DNA of 64,000 bases from the human T2T-CHM13v2.0 reference genome, Homo sapiens: assembly GCF_009914755.1 (NCBI RefSeq), contig NC_060941.1. The stretch is one strand, 5' to 3'. The notes under the pieces were generated by a model. The model saw only the letters and a list, made by a program, of their open reading frames with translations, had not been told where the DNA came from and ran no database searches. Shown piece by piece: positions 27,063 to 64,000 of this stretch (positions within the stretch are counted from its first letter, which is position 1; every line of letters begins with the position of its first letter). The translations under genes were made by a program, and so were the position numbers.

Positions 27063-28059
27063 GCTGTGAGGCACCGTCAGCATCCTTGCGTCCTGTGTGG
27101 CTGTGAGGCACTGTCAGCATCCTCGCGTCCTGTGCGGCTGTGAGGCACTGTCAGCATCCTCGCGTCCTGTGCGGCTGTGAGGCACTGTCAGCATCCTCGC
27201 GTCCTGTGCGGCTGTGAGGCACTGTCAGCATCCTCGCGTCCTGTGCGGCTGTGAGGCACTGTCAGCATCCTCGCGTCCTGTGCGGCTGTGAGGCACCGTC
27301 AGCATCCTCGCGTCCTGTGCGGCTGTGAGGCACTGTCAGCATCCTCGCGTCCTGTGCGGCTGTGAGGCACTGTCAGCATCCTCGCGTCCTGTGCGGCTGT
27401 GAGGCACCGTCAGCATCCTCGCGTCCTGTGCGGCTGTGAGGCACTGTCAGCATCCTCGCGTCCTGTGCGGCTGTGAGGCACCGTCAGCATCCTCGCGTCC
27501 TGTGCGGCTGTGAGGCACCGTCAGCATCCTCGCGTCCTGTGCGGCTGTGAGGCACTGTCAGCATCCTCGCGTCCTGTGCGGCTGTGAGGCACTGTCAGCA
27601 TCCTCGCGTCCTGTGCGGCTGTGAGGCACCGTCAGCATCCTCGCGTCCTGTGTGGCTGTGAGGCACCGTCAGCATCCTCGCGTCCTGTGCGGCTGTGAGG
27701 CACCGTCAGCATCCTCGCGTCCTGTGTGGCTGTGAGGCACCGTCAGCATCCTCGCGTCCTGTGTGGCTGTGAGGCACCGTCAGCATCCTCGGTCCTGTGC
27801 GGCTGTGAGGCACCGTCAGCATCCTCGCGTCCTGTGTGGCTGTGAGGCACCGTCAGCATCCTCGGTCCTGTGCGGCTGTGAGGCACCGTCAGCATCCTCG
27901 CGTCCTGTGTGGCTGTGAGGCACTGTCAGCATCCTCGCGTCCTGTGTGGCTGTGAGGCACCGTCAGCATCCTCGCGTCCTGTGTGGCTGTGAGGCACCGT
28001 CAGCATCCTCGGTCCTGTGCGGCTGTGAGGCACTGTCAGCATCCTCGCATCCTGTGCAG
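27063..28059. repeat. 37-bp minisatellite/VNTR, 27 copies (GCTGTGAGGCAC[T/C]GTCAGCATCCTCG[C/-]GTCCTGTG[C/T]G)
   Basis: 27 occurrences of GCTGTGAGG counted at 36-37 bp spacing; head-to-tail with no spacers. Confidence 0.97.
27979..28059 (-). ncRNA. MIR4737: Annotated microRNA precursor mir-4737 (mature ~28031-28050, AUGCGAGGAUGCUGACAGUG)
   Basis: The 81-nt minus-strand sequence matches my recollection of hsa-mir-4737; it consists of the last ~2 VNTR units. Confidence 0.7.
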
Positions 28060-28160
28060 CTGGGCCAGGACAAACTGGCTGAACTGCAGCTCTGCTTGCA
28101 GCTTGCTAGAAATACAACTTGGTAACAACAGGAGATTGTGGACACACTATTTTTCGTTAG

Positions 28161-28166
28161 TTTATT
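28161..28166 (-). terminator. Proximal HEATR6 poly(A) signal AATAAA (cleavage ~28145)
   Basis: TTTATT on the plus strand ~350 nt downstream of the stop codon. Confidence 0.7.
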
Positions 28167-28516
28167 ACAAAACTACAGATACAATACACAAAATTCTAAT
28201 TCCGAAATCCTTCTACATTTTTTTTTTCTGAGACTAAATGCCCTCAAAGCCCGTCTGCTTGGCCTGTATTACAACCTGACTCCTCGGCTCCTGGATGCAC
28301 AGGTCAGATGTTCCAACAACCCTGACCATGGCCAGTGCTATGGAGTCACTCCAAAGGTGGTTGAGCCCTCTGTGAAAATTTAAATGGCTGCTAAGTCATT
28401 CTAAATAAATAGTGAACGGATTGTTTCTGCCCCTAAGATGAAATCCCACAGATCTTATGCTCAAGCTCAGGTCTTCCTACTGCCGCCTTCGACATCTAGA
28501 AAGTATGGTGGGATCT

Positions 28517-63990
<35,474 letters not shown>

Positions 63991-64000
63991 GTTTCCATGA

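Noticed and set aside
27063-28059. 37-bp repeats resembling a CRISPR array
   Set aside because: Units are head-to-tail with no unique spacers, there are no cas genes, and the context is human: a minisatellite.

Overview
Human (primate) genomic DNA, not prokaryotic; most of the ORF track is spurious. The window matches chr17q23.1 and has three parts. (1) 1-~3.9 kb: the 5' end of a TBC1D3-family copy (probably TBC1D3P1) on the minus strand, with one non-coding and four in-frame coding exons running off the left edge. (2) ~10.2-17.9 kb: an unprocessed, degenerate duplicate of the 5' part of DOC2B on the plus strand (CpG island, exon 1, two C2A exons), head-to-head with the TBC1D3 copy. (3) ~26-64 kb: the complete HEATR6 gene on the minus strand. 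I reconstructed 20 coding exons, all GT-AG, totalling 3546 nt = 1181 aa + stop, with a CpG promoter at the right edge. Just beyond the proximal poly(A) signal lies a 27-copy 37-bp VNTR that carries MIR4737. The rest is Alu, L1, L2, MIR, MaLR LTR and MER repeats, including a near-pristine AluYa4/Ya5-type insertion and an LTR-int-LTR MST element. Best second-look candidates: possible capture of the DOC2B CpG-island promoter by the TBC1D3 copy; a homeodomain/TCF/GATA/ONECUT motif cluster that could be an orphaned HNF1B-domain enhancer at an evolutionary breakpoint; the VNTR that alternative polyadenylation could include or exclude; and a T-box/NKX motif minisatellite in intron 13. These are hypotheses. 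No convincingly novel system is shown by sequence alone. Family and subfamily names come from recalled sequences, not from database searches.
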